From an uncultured Planctomycetota bacterium (GTDB lineage Bacteria; Planctomycetota; Planctomycetia; Isosphaerales; Isosphaeraceae): a stretch of 64,000 bases of DNA. The DNA is taken from positions 96,001 through 160,000 of the forward strand of contig CAWJTV010000005.1 of the NCBI GenBank assembly GCA_963845755.1, given 5' to 3'. Every line of letters starts with the position of its first letter. Positions within the stretch are counted from its first letter, which is position 1. The notes under the pieces were generated by a model that saw only the letters and a list, made by a program, of their open reading frames with translations, was not told the DNA's origin and searched no databases. The translations under genes and the position numbers were made by a program. Below are positions 34,267 to 44,397 of this stretch, piece after piece.

Positions 34267-35450
34267 CGTGACTTGACTCCTGGGAGGGCGATCGAGATGT
34301 TAAGGGCCGTGTTTCGGGTTGCCTTGGCAACGGGGCCTTCGCCACAGAGATGCCGCAACTCAGGTAGCTCGCTCAGGGCTGTGTCGAGGCGGGCGGCGAG
34401 GCAGCGATGGCCCGAGAGATTCGGGTGGAAGTCGTCGGGCTCGACGGCCAGCGCGGACGGTTCGAAGCCATTGAAGGCATCACTCGCGTCGACGATGTGA
34501 GTGAATCCAGCGGCCTGCGCCGCCTCCTGGAGTGCTCGATGGCCGGCCGGCTCGCTGGGACGCCCGACGCGGGGGATCAGAACCCAGATGATCGGTACAT
34601 TTCGAGCTCGGCAGTCATCCGCTATGGCGCGATAGACGCCTGCCAGGATTTCCTGATGGCGCGGTTGCAGCACGCGCTTGTAACGCTCTGGATTCCAGAG
34701 AGGCTCGACTCCAGCCGATGTCAAGACCCCCCGGTACAGAGGCGAGTCGAACCCGAGTCCCCGGGCCAAGACATAGCGGAGCCTCCGCTCGTCCCAGCCG
34801 ATGTCGGCCTCCGTCGATTCGCAGATCACCAGGTCGGGCTGCATCGGCCAGCCGACCTGGCTGAAGTGATGCCAACGCTGGCCGGGCGCATGCCCGGGAA
34901 CGGAAGTGTTAATGATTTCGATTGCCGGGCCGCCCGCTCGTCGCGAACGGGCGTCCCATTCGCGCTCGAGGATCGACTCAAACCGCTGCTCGACGTTGAC
35001 TCCCCAGCCCACGCCGATTGAGTCGCCCACTAGGGCAATGCGGAACGTTCCGGCCGGCTTTTCGATCGCGTAGTCTCGATCGCGCATCCCCTGCGCGTTG
35101 GAGCGCCACTCCACGCCCCATCGCTGGACCGTATCGCCCGTCCTCAAGACGACCTCACGCAGATCGTCGACTCGCACGACCAGGGGCGCCGAGTCCACCG
35201 GGACCGAGAAGGTGCCGCGAGAACCGGGTTGTCGGCGAAGGGCCGGAAGGTCGCCCAGCTCATTGAGCCGGCGACCGGCATTAATCACTTGCTCATAGTA
35301 TCCGCGCTCGATTCGTGAGGCGTCAGCCCGGTTGAACAGGCCGCTTCTGAGGCTGGACCGTAGCCGCGCGGGCCCGCGCCCGGCGAGATCGTCCGGGATC
35401 AATCCGAACGCCAGGATCGCGAGCGTCGCGAACAATTGGCGGCCCATCAT
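34263..35450 (-). CDS. SGNH/GDSL hydrolase-fold protein
   Basis: 'SNAQGMRD', 'RIALVGDSIGVGWGV', 'EIINTSVPGH', 'DDFHPNLSGH'. Confidence 0.8.
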   Translation of the reverse strand: MMGRQLFATLAILAFGLIPDDLAGRGPARLRSSLRSGLFNRADASRIERGYYEQVINAGRRLNELGDLPALRRQPGSRGTFSVPVDSAPLVVRVDDLREVVLRTGDTVQRWGVEWRSNAQGMRDRDYAIEKPAGTFRIALVGDSIGVGWGVNVEQRFESILEREWDARSRRAGGPAIEIINTSVPGHAPGQRWHHFSQVGWPMQPDLVICESTEADIGWDERRLRYVLARGLGFDSPLYRGVLTSAGVEPLWNPERYKRVLQPRHQEILAGVYRAIADDCRARNVPIIWVLIPRVGRPSEPAGHRALQEAAQAAGFTHIVDASDAFNGFEPSALAVEPDDFHPNLSGHRCLAARLDTALSELPELRHLCGEGPVAKATRNTALNISIALPGVKSR

Positions 35451-35454
35451 CCCG

Positions 35455-36869
35455 TCATGATCCATAGAAACCTCGGTGAAGCATGTCCAGCCATGCCGAC
35501 AGGCTGGGGCTCGACCAGAGCGACCAGAGGACGGCGATGGTCATGAAGATCCCGGCGACCCTCACGACACGCACGGCCAGTTCGCGCGGCGCCACGATGT
35601 CGTGCCCGTGTCTCCGGAGGCGCGCCCCGTTCCTGCACGGCTGCGCCGGGCGTCGAACTGGACATTCAGCATTACCAGGATGCCGAGTGTGCCCCAGAAG
35701 AGGGCGTCGGGCACCGTGAAGCCCCAGCTCCCGACCAGCCAGTACCTCTGGTAGGCGTGCAATATCCATGTGGCCAGGAATACCGTGACGATACCCATTG
35801 CGAGTGCCGCCGGTTGCGGCCATCGCTTCAGCCGGAACACCACCGGATTGAAGAACACCCTCACCATGAAATCCTTCCAGTAGATGTTGATTCGCCGCCA
35901 ATAGTCGGTGAAGCTCGTCGCCAGCAGGTAGTGGTGGTGGGTCGCCGGGAGGCGGTATCCGAAGAGGTGGAGCATCCCACAGGCCATGTGAAACTGGCCT
36001 GAGACCTGCAAATAAAGCAGGTAATTGCCGACGATATGGCCCGCCAGTCCGACGAGATCGTGCACATCGCCGGACTGGATCGAATATCGGTTATAGAGCA
36101 GGCGATAGCCCAGAAGATGCACCGTCCCCTGGAACATCATCGCCAGCCCACGCCGCTGGATCGCATGGATGTCGTCAACAAAGTACCCTCGCTGCATCGT
36201 CCGGTAATCGATTACGGGAAAGAGCTGGAAGCAGAAGTTTGGCAGGATGAAGAAATAGCCCAGCGTGTCGGCCAGCGGTTCGGGCGCCGTCGAGTGCTTG
36301 AGTTCATAGAGATAAATAATTATCCGAAACATGAACATGGATGCCACAATGGGCCAGACATTGTCGGGGATGCCGAAGGAGGAAGCTCCGGGTCGGGCCA
36401 GGATCGTGACCGCCGCGATCGCGGCGCAGGCTGACGCGCGAGCTGCCCACGGGATGCGAAGGTAGCAGACGCCGATCAGGACCGCGGCCATCGCCAGTAC
36501 GATGGCGGTGGTCCACGTGCCGCCGACCGAGATCAGGCCGACGATCGAGACCGCGACGAGACAGGGCTTCTTCCAGCGGAATGGAGCTAGGTAGTGTACC
36601 GGAAATGCCAGGAGCGCGATGAGGGCCAGGTTCTGAAAGGTCCGACCCTGATAGGGGCGTTCCTCGAGATGATAAACCTTGAATACCGCCACGAGCAGCG
36701 CGAGGTGAATCAGGTTACGCAGGAACGGGCGGAGGCTCCGACGGCATGACTCGGGCTCATCCGGGTACAGGGCCGAGAAACGCCGGCGCCGGCGAGGCTT
36801 CGATACGGGCACGTACTGATGGTGCGGCGCCCGCTTCGTTGCGACCGTCGTTCGAAATCCTGGCCCCAT
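35455..36869 (-). CDS. MBOAT-family membrane-bound O-acyltransferase (DltB/AlgI-like); frameshift near 35590
   Basis: Multi-TM; 'YLLATSFTDYWRRINIYWKDF' and His in 'ATWILHAYQ'; last TM in ORF 35455..35901. Confidence 0.8.
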
Positions 36870-36935
36870 GCGCCGGTCTCCCTCGGCTCATCTGCAACGG
36901 CAAGGGCGTCGACTTCCTCCGCGTCCTTAGCCCGA

Positions 36936-36987
36936 TCGCGCCGGCCCCGATACTCGCGCCGGCCCCATACGCCCTCGCGCCGGCCCC
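36936..36987. repeat. Three copies of the 13-mer TCGCGCCGGCCCC
   Basis: Copies at 36936, 36954 and 36975, just upstream of the MBOAT gene. Confidence 0.7.
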
Positions 36988-37129
36988 CGCCGTTTTGTAG
37001 ACTGATCACGCTGGGAGCCGGTCCCGGCCGATGGACCTGATCCTCACCTTGTCTACGTGCTCACACCGACGTGTGATCTTCAGGAGCAGCGGTCATACGG
37101 GACGACGGGATCGCAGAAGGTGGGAAGGT

Positions 37130-37381
37130 CGGGGTGCCTGGAAACGGCGGGGACCGGTTCCTCCGTGAACCGGTGAGTTCCCCGCTGCGGCCGCGCCATC
37201 CGTGTTTCGCCTGATATCAATCCTTGTATCGGTTTGCCGCCAGGGAACTGCGGGGACCGGCTCCTCCGTGAACCGGTGAGATTCCCCGCTGCGGCCGCGC
37301 CATCCTTGATACGCATTTATTTCTTTCTTTCAATCTTTGTTTTCGCGGATGTCGCTCGCCGGTTGTCCTCCTTCAGCAACG
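37130..37381 (-). ncRNA. Candidate CsrA/RsmA-binding RNA (CsrB-like sRNA or 5' leader) with a duplicated ~55-bp hairpin unit
   Basis: Five CANGGA motifs on the minus strand; two in hairpins ACCGGTTC-ACGGAG-GA(A/G)CCGGT; direct repeat of ~37148-37201 at ~37250-37305; no credible ORF. Confidence 0.5.
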
Positions 37382-37387
37382 ATCGCG

Positions 37388-37416
37388 ATTTAACCGAGAT
37401 CCCCCGGCGCTGTCAA
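37388..37416 (-). promoter_or_regulatory. Putative sigma70-type promoter
   Basis: Minus strand TTGACA (37416-37411), 17 nt spacer, TTAAAT (37393-37388), pointing into the GGA-repeat region. Confidence 0.45.
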
Positions 37417-37675
37417 CCCGACTGGCGCTCCCATCGACGGCCCTTCGAGCGAACCCGATGAAGTGACTTGAGGTTCGGTCGATTCTCAACCGTCGTTTTT
37501 TTGAGAGGACGTAAGAGCGACCCGGCCGTTGCTCGCGGGACGCCGACAAAAACTGCGTTTTCTTTCCCTTCTGGCCGTGTTGGCCGACGCATGGCACGGG
37601 CTTACGCAGCCCTCCGCGCCGGTAATCCTGTTCCTAGTTTCTCGCGACATGTGCAAACCACCGCGGCGATCCTTA

Positions 37676-38587
37676 GAGCGCTCGGAAAAAATGAATCCAC
37701 TGGCACGCTGTCTGCTCTTGAGTCCTTCGGCGAGTGATCTCCCGAACCAAGGAGGACCACCATGAAACCCCTTGTCTCCGATGCGCCTGTGGAACTCCGC
37801 CCTGGAGCCCTTGCTGCCACCCCCGCCTCCGCGCCGCTTCCGCTTCCCGGGACGCAAATCCCTGGACTACCGCAAGATCCTCACCGGCATCTTGTTCGTG
37901 CTCAAGACCGGCATCGCCTGGGACGACTTGCCCGCCGACCTCGGCTGCGGCTGCGGCAAGACCTGCCGGTCCTACCTGCAGGCGTGGCAGCAGGCCGGTG
38001 TCTGGCGCCAGTTGCACGCCGTCTTGCTGGCCGAGCTCAACGGCGATGACGCGATCGACTGGGAGCGGGCGCTGATCGACGCCTCCTTCGCCAAGGCCCC
38101 GGAAGGGGGCGAGGATACCGGCCCGAATCCGACGGACCGGAGCAAATCCGGCAGCAAGCACCACGTGATGACCGACGCCCAAGGCGTGCCGCTGGCGGCG
38201 ACGGTGACCGCCGCCAACGTCCCCGAGATCACCCAGGTCTTCACGACGCTCGACGACATGCCGCCGGTGGGCGGCAAGCCGGGGCCGAAGCGGCAGAAGC
38301 CCGACCGCTTGCAGGGGGATCGGGGCTACGACTCGGAACCGGTGCGGCAGGGTTTGCGCGGCCGGGGGACCACGCCGGTGCTGGCGGCCCGCAATACGGA
38401 GCACGGCAGCGGTTTGGGCAAGTCCCGCTGGTACGTAGAGCGGACCATCGCGTGGCTGCACTCCTTCGGCCGGCTGCGCCGCCGTTTGGATCGGCTCACC
38501 GAGATTCAAGACGCGTTCCTCAAGTTAGCATGTTCCTTGATCTGTTTGAGGCTCCTGGGCCAGTGAACTCATTTTTTCCGAGCGCTC
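37676..38587 (+). mobile_element. IS5-family insertion sequence, 912 bp
   Basis: Perfect 19-bp IRs GAGCGCTCGGAAAAAATGA (37676-37694 / 38569-38587); TTA target duplication (37673-37675 / 38588-38590). Confidence 0.95.
37762..38566 (+). CDS. IS5-family DDE transposase; frameshift near the 5' end
   Basis: 'GILFVLKTGIAWDDLP', 'IDAS', 'GDRGYDS', 'RWYVERTIAWL'; ATG 37762 with GGAGG RBS is out of frame with ORF 37772..38566. Confidence 0.9.
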
Positions 38588-38757
38588 TTAAGCAGTGCAG
38601 GCGGCCCAAACCCACATGACTGGGACTGACCATCGCGTCTTACCGAGTCGGACTGGGTTGAAGTCCTGATGTCATCCCAACCGAAGAGAACATGATAAGG
38701 CTCATTGTGCGCGCGAGCGCCGTCACGGGGAATTGCAACGAGTGGGAGAATTCCAAT

Positions 38758-39312
38758 ATGGTCGTGCCGCTAAGAGGGAAGGTCGGGGGCGTTGTCGTCC
38801 GCGGGCTAGGTTGCCTTGTGGTGTTGTTGGGGGCGATCGGTACTGGGAACGCACGTGGGCAATCACTCGTGTCGGATGGCACGCTCGATCAATTGCTGCG
38901 AATGAGCCCAGGGGACCTGGAGGCGCTCTATCAACGAGGGGTCGTGGCAGCGATCCCGCCGGGCCGCGCCCGAGGGACGGCCCTGTTCGCGCCCGGGACA
39001 TGGCGCACTCAGCTTCTCGCCCGGAGCACTCGGCTCGTTTGGCAGGGGAAGATCATCGAGCCGGGACAGAGCACGGCGGTCAACCGTTTCTTCGGGATAC
39101 GGATGATCCGGGGGCGACTCTCTGAGGGACCAAGTTGGCTCGACGGGGCCCCGACGCTGGTGCTCGACTACAGCGAAACCTCGCGCATCTATGCGCGCAA
39201 TCGCGACGAGATCCGCCAGGTCGCGCCCGGCCTGTTTCTCGGCCTGATGTACGATCGAACGACCACTCCGCCGAGACTCTCGATGTACTTCGCGCTTCAG
39301 ACCTCCGAATAA
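38758..39312 (+). CDS. Hypothetical secreted protein
   Basis: Signal-peptide-like N-terminus; 'WQGK', 'SWLDGAPTLVLDYS', 'RDEIRQVAPGLFLG'. Confidence 0.7.
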   Translation: MVVPLRGKVGGVVVRGLGCLVVLLGAIGTGNARGQSLVSDGTLDQLLRMSPGDLEALYQRGVVAAIPPGRARGTALFAPGTWRTQLLARSTRLVWQGKIIEPGQSTAVNRFFGIRMIRGRLSEGPSWLDGAPTLVLDYSETSRIYARNRDEIRQVAPGLFLGLMYDRTTTPPRLSMYFALQTSE

Positions 39313-39585
39313 CCCGAATGCCGACGAAGCGACGCGGCGCCAGGCCGGTTTCCATCTGGACACGCGCGTCGATCGGCGGTATCGTTCGGCCCACACGTCT
39401 CAACTACCAACCTAAGGGTTGACGCGATACAAGACAAACGCGGCGGCTGGATGGCCGTCGCGCCGGGGTGGGCGTCTGGCATGGAAGCTGGGCGTGCCAC
39501 CGACCGGCACGTCGCGATCCGGCGCGTTCGCAGTCCGGTTCTCTCCGGTCCGTCGCTTTTCATGGGACTTTGTGGAGGAGCAAGG

Positions 39586-41841
39586 ATGCCTCCCACGCCG
39601 TCGAGCCCGCTGGGATACCTCCGGGGATTGTTCCTGCCGATCACGATCATCGGTGCGATCCTCGTGTTCGTGGTGCCCATTCCTGCGCCTTTGCTCGACG
39701 TGCTGCTCTCGGCCAACCTGACCGTGGCCGTCGTGGTGCTCTTGACGACCCTCTCGATCCAGTCGCCTCAGGAGTTTAGTGCATTTCCCACCATCTTGTT
39801 GACGACCACGCTGACTCGACTGGTCTTGAACGTCGCAACGACCCGGCTTGTGCTGACCCGGGCCGGCGTGGACCAGCTCGATGCGGCGGGTGGTGTGATC
39901 AGAGCGTTCGGGGAATTCGTGGCGGGAGACCAGGTGATCGTCGGTGTGATCCTGTTTTCGATCCTGGTTGTGATCCAGTTCGTCGTGATCACTCGGGGGG
40001 CGACCCGTATCAGCGAAGTCGCGGCGCGATTCATGCTCGATGGGCTGCCGGGCCGTCAGATGGCGATTGACTCCGATCTGCACGCCGGCCTAATCGACCA
40101 ACACGAGGCCCACCGGCGTCGCGAGGAAGTCTATCGTCAGTCGGATTTCTTCGGCGCGATGGACGGAGCCGGCAAGTTCGTGCGCGGCGACGCCGTGGCC
40201 GGGGTGGTGATTCTGCTGGTAAACATCGCCGCTGGGCTCTACCTGGGGATGGTCAACTACGGGATGAGTGCGAGCGACGCGGTCAACGTCTTCACGAAGT
40301 TGACGATCGGCGATGGGCTGGTCAGTCAAGTACCGGCTTTCTTGATCTCGCTGGCCTCCGGCCTGATCGTCACCCGATCTTCGTCCTCGACCGACCTGAA
40401 TCGCGACGTGATCGAACAATTGTTCACGCGGCCCGGAGTGCTGGGAGTGGCGGCCGTATTCGTGGGACTAATGGCCTTGACTCCGCTGCCCAAGCTACCA
40501 CTACTGGCTCTCGGCGGTGGCCTCGGTGCCGCCGCGCTGTACCTGGGTTCTCGTCGGGCCGATGATACGGTCGAACGGCCGCACGGGGATGCCGGTGTGA
40601 GTCCGGGAGCGGAGACGAGTTCGCCCCGATTCCGTCCCGACGAGAAGGCGGGTGCGACTCTCTCGACTCGGGGCAAGTCGGCCTTGCCGGCGATGAGAGC
40701 CGACGGGGAGTCGGCCGAGAGCGCCTCGGAACGGATGGAGGACTTGCTCCACGTCAATCCACTTGAAATGGAGATCGGGTTCAGGCTCATCGGCCTGGCC
40801 GACCCGACTCGAGGCGGCGACCTGCTCGGCCGGCTCAAGACGGTGCGCCAGCGCGTTGCGCGGGAAATGGGCTTGATCGTGCCCCAGGTGAGGATTCACG
40901 ACGAGATTGGCTTGCCTCCCAACGAATACCGGGTGAAGATCCGAGGAAATCAGGTCGGGCAAGGAATTGCCTACGCCGGGCGACTGTTGGCGGTACCTCC
41001 GGCCGGACTCGTGACGCGGCCTGACGGTCGCGATGGCGTGGACCCGGTCACGGGTCAACCGGCGGTCTGGATTCACGCCGACGGACGCGAGGTGGCCGAG
41101 CTTGCAGGCTGCCGCGTCCTGGATGCCGCGACGGTCGTCGCCGGCCATTTCGGCGAGATCGTCGCCAATCACGCCGACGAGCTCCTCACCCGCGAGCAAG
41201 TCGAGCGGCTGCTCGAGCGGGTCCGAACCACTGCCCCGACGTTGGTCGGAGAAGTTGTGCCCGGTCTGCTCCGCGCCGGCGAGCTTCAGCGGGTCTTGCA
41301 GAACCTGTTAAGGGAGCGAGTCAGCATTCGCGACCTCGAGACAATCCTCGAGACATTGGCCGTTCATGCCGGCAGGACCAAGGATGTCGACGTCCTGACC
41401 GAGGAAGTTCGCCGCAGTCTGGCCCGTCAGATCACTGAGACGTATCGCGGTCCGGACGGGAGACTCCGGATCGTCTCCCTGGATGGTCCGCTGGAGGCGC
41501 GATTGGAAGCGGCAGGGCGCCAGGCCGAGACTCGTCCGGCCGAGGCCTTGGGTGAGGATACGGTCCGGAGCATCATCCGCGCCGTCGCATTGGCTGTTGA
41601 AGCCCTCGTCGACAACGGCTATCCCCCCGTGATCGTCACTGCACCTGCCGCCCGCGCCGTCCTCAAGGATTTGACTCGCGCCGACTTGCCGCGGCTGGTC
41701 GTCCTGGGCCAACGCGAGATCCCCCGCGATACGTCGGTCGAGATCCTCGGCAGTGTCGTGGAGGAGGAACCCGAAGTCGTGACCACTTACACCACGTCTT
41801 CGTCCCTGAATCCTCTCGTCCTCGAGTCCTCAAGTCCGTGA
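39586..41841 (+). CDS. flhA: Flagellar export apparatus protein FlhA
   Basis: 'FSAFPTILL', 'RISEVAARFMLDGLPGRQMAID', 'FFGAMDGAGKFVRGDA', 'LLRERVSIRDL'. Confidence 0.95.
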   Translation: MPPTPSSPLGYLRGLFLPITIIGAILVFVVPIPAPLLDVLLSANLTVAVVVLLTTLSIQSPQEFSAFPTILLTTTLTRLVLNVATTRLVLTRAGVDQLDAAGGVIRAFGEFVAGDQVIVGVILFSILVVIQFVVITRGATRISEVAARFMLDGLPGRQMAIDSDLHAGLIDQHEAHRRREEVYRQSDFFGAMDGAGKFVRGDAVAGVVILLVNIAAGLYLGMVNYGMSASDAVNVFTKLTIGDGLVSQVPAFLISLASGLIVTRSSSSTDLNRDVIEQLFTRPGVLGVAAVFVGLMALTPLPKLPLLALGGGLGAAALYLGSRRADDTVERPHGDAGVSPGAETSSPRFRPDEKAGATLSTRGKSALPAMRADGESAESASERMEDLLHVNPLEMEIGFRLIGLADPTRGGDLLGRLKTVRQRVAREMGLIVPQVRIHDEIGLPPNEYRVKIRGNQVGQGIAYAGRLLAVPPAGLVTRPDGRDGVDPVTGQPAVWIHADGREVAELAGCRVLDAATVVAGHFGEIVANHADELLTREQVERLLERVRTTAPTLVGEVVPGLLRAGELQRVLQNLLRERVSIRDLETILETLAVHAGRTKDVDVLTEEVRRSLARQITETYRGPDGRLRIVSLDGPLEARLEAAGRQAETRPAEALGEDTVRSIIRAVALAVEALVDNGYPPVIVTAPAARAVLKDLTRADLPRLVVLGQREIPRDTSVEILGSVVEEEPEVVTTYTTSSSLNPLVLESSSP

Positions 41842-41970
41842 GTCTTTGGTCGGAATGCGGGACAGCCAGGTATCCGGCGGCTAATGAGTCGGAATCCGGT
41901 CCCTGAAATAAGTCGTGAAGTTTCGTGACGAGGCTCAAGGTGTCAAGAACTCGAGTGTCAAAAGGACTTA

Positions 41971-43140
41971 ATGAATCAAATGCGGTCAAAAACGTACCGG
42001 GCGAAGACTATGAAGGAGGCTTTGACGCGAGTGCGTCGGGACCTCGGCGGTGACGCCGTGATCCTCGCGGCGCGGGAAGTTCGGCGCCGCCGGCTCTTCG
42101 GCCTGGGGCCTCGCGCCGAGGTGGAGGTCACGGCGGCGGATCGCATGCCCGAGGACGTGACAGTCGAAGGCATGGCGATGCGTACCGGCACCATAACGAG
42201 GGTCAAGGAGGTGTCGGGGGTTTCGGCCCCGGCCGCCCCCTCACCGGCCTTGCAGGCGCGGTTCGGGGAGCAGCTCAGCCGACTGCACGCCATGGTGGAA
42301 ACCCTGAGCCGGCAGGGGCGGATCGACCACTTGCTACCTGATCTCCCGGGCGAGCTGGTCCCCATTTACTCCCAGTTGATTGAGGCTGACATCCCGGAGG
42401 TGCTGACGCGGCGGCTCGTGCGACATGTGGCCGAGAACCTCGAGCCCGATCAGTTCCGGTACGCCGAGTCTATCCGCGGATCCCTGGGCGAGGCGGTGGC
42501 GCAGTGCATTCCGGTCGCGCCGCCGATCCAGTCGGTCGTCGGCACCCGCCGCATCGTGGCCCTCGTCGGCCCCACCGGTGTGGGAAAGACCACGACCGTG
42601 GCGAAACTGGCTGCCAATTTCAAATTGGCCCACGGCGTCCGCGTGGGACTGATCACCGTTGACACCTACCGAATCGCCGCGGTCGAGCAGCTCAAGACGT
42701 ATGCCGAGATCATTGACCTGCCGCTGGCGGTCGTCAACGACCCGTCGGAGATGACTCGTGCACTCGACGAGCTCGGCAGCGTGGATCTGGTCTTTATCGA
42801 CACCGCCGGACGGAGCCCGCGCGATGAGGTCAAGATCCGCGAGCTCTCCGAGTTCCTCCTCCGGGCTCGACCGGACGAGGTCCACCTGGTCTTGAGCGCC
42901 GTCGCTGGCCACAGGAGCCTCCAGGCTGCCGTCGAGCGATTCGCCCTGGTCCAGGTCGATCGCTTGATCCTGACCAAGCTCGACGAAGCCGACAGCCTGG
43001 GAGGCGTTTTAGCCGTCCTGGCTCTGTCCAGTTAACCCGTAAGCTATTTGACCACGGGCCAGGCTGTCCCCGATGACATCGAGCCGGCCGACCGAATGCG
43101 TCTCGCCCGGCTCATCCTCAAACAGGAAGATCTGGCATGA
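41971..43140 (+). CDS. flhF: Flagellar SRP-type GTPase FlhF; in-frame TAA at 43033-43035
   Basis: 'GPTGVGKTTTVAKLAA', 'DTYRIAAVEQL', 'DTAGRS', 'TKLDE'; conserved 'PVSYLTTGQAVPDDIE' continues in frame after the stop. Confidence 0.9.
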
Positions 43141-43247
43141 ACGAGCGGGTTCCATGGAAATCCTGTCATGGAGAATAGTTTCTATGGGGGTCGGGCCCTC
43201 TTGGCAGAGAGAACCAGGTCACAATTCGGCATTCGAGGTTTCAGGAG

Positions 43248-44222
43248 ATGCTCATGTCCGACCAGGCAGATAGGCTCAGGCAGCTCGTGGTGGCGAGTCG
43301 GGCGGCCCCGGAGTTGTCGCCAGTGACCACGCTGGACGAGGAGGAGCCGCAGGGGGGCGTGATCTCGCTCGCGGAGGCTCCCGTTTCGATTAGCTCGTCT
43401 CGCTCCCTGCTGTTCACCAGCGGCAAAGGGGGCGTGGGGACCTCGAACCTGGTCTTGAACCTGGCAATCGCGATGGGTGAAATGGGGCAGCGTGTCCTGC
43501 TGATCGATGCCGACCTGGGGTTGGCCAACCTGGATCTCCTGTGCGGACTGGCGCCGCGATACGACCTCGGCGACGTGCTGGCCGGACGTTGCCCACTCGG
43601 TGATGCGGTGATGACGGGTCCTGGCGGGATCCGGATCGTGCCGGGTGCCCACGCGATCCGGACCGGTGCGGAGGTTCTGGAGGACGGCCCGGCGCGGTTA
43701 GTGGCGGAGTTGGGAGAGCTCGAGTCGGAGTCCGACTTCGTCCTGGTGGACGCCGGGTCGGGACTGGGACCGGGTGTGCTGTTGCTTGCTGGGGCGGCCG
43801 ACCAGGCGGTGATCGTGACCACGCCCGAGCCGACATCGATCGCCGATGCACACGCGGCGATCGGCCGGTTCCGCCGCGTTGCGTCCCGCCCGAAGATCCG
43901 GGTCGTGGTCAATCAGGTCAGGTCGAGTCTGGAAGGGTCCGAGGTGCTCGACCGACTCGTTGCCTCGAGCCGTCAGTTCCTGGGCGCGGTGGTATCTCCG
44001 CTGGGACCGGGCGCGGTACACGCCGATCCTCACGTCCCGCTGGCCGTCCGCAACCGTCGGCCTTTCCTCATCGTGCACCCTGGTTCGCCCGCTTCGCGCG
44101 GGGTCCGACGACTGGGACGCGCCTTGGTTCGAGAACACCAGAGTCTGCATCGTCGCCGTCGCTCCGGATTCTTCGCGGCGCTGGCCGCCCGCTGGGCACT
44201 GAGTCTCGTGGCCACAGGGTAA
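43248..44222 (+). CDS. flhG: MinD/ParA-family ATPase FlhG (FleN)
   Basis: 'SGKGGVGTSN', 'IDADLGLANLD', 'VTTPEPTSIADA'; between flhF and fliA. Confidence 0.88.
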   Translation: MLMSDQADRLRQLVVASRAAPELSPVTTLDEEEPQGGVISLAEAPVSISSSRSLLFTSGKGGVGTSNLVLNLAIAMGEMGQRVLLIDADLGLANLDLLCGLAPRYDLGDVLAGRCPLGDAVMTGPGGIRIVPGAHAIRTGAEVLEDGPARLVAELGELESESDFVLVDAGSGLGPGVLLLAGAADQAVIVTTPEPTSIADAHAAIGRFRRVASRPKIRVVVNQVRSSLEGSEVLDRLVASSRQFLGAVVSPLGPGAVHADPHVPLAVRNRRPFLIVHPGSPASRGVRRLGRALVREHQSLHRRRRSGFFAALAARWALSLVATG

Positions 44223-44308
44223 GACGTTTCCCTAACAGGAATCGTGGCGTATCAGGATGCGGGATGGCAGGGTGGATCGGATTTTTCGGGTTGTTGTGAT
44301 GGTATCAT

Positions 44309-44337
44309 TCAAGCCGGATGAACGGCTGGGCCGATAC
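44309..44337 (+). promoter_or_regulatory. Possible sigma28-type promoter upstream of fliA
   Basis: TCAAG-N16-GCCGATAC; the -10 matches GCCGATA but the spacer is longer than the usual consensus. Confidence 0.35.
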
Positions 44338-44397
44338 AGGACTGGGTGGAAGTTCCTTGGATGGCGAGGGGAGAAGGGGCCGGACGCGGCTCTCGTC

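Noticed and set aside
36710..37009. Small ORF as the missing acyl/peptidyl carrier protein
   Set aside because: No phosphopantetheine-site DS(L/M/I)-type motif or ACP-like pattern; overlaps the MBOAT 5' end.
37231..37238. GGCAAACC (minus strand) as a c-di-GMP-I riboswitch
   Set aside because: The GAAA loop and downstream GACGCAAAG element are missing.
37148..37305. Direct repeat as a mini CRISPR array
   Set aside because: Only two ~55-bp copies, structured spacer, no cas genes in the window.
37762..37800. Programmed ribosomal frameshift in the transposase
   Set aside because: Shift is within the first ~10 codons with no slippery A-run; the window has many indel errors.
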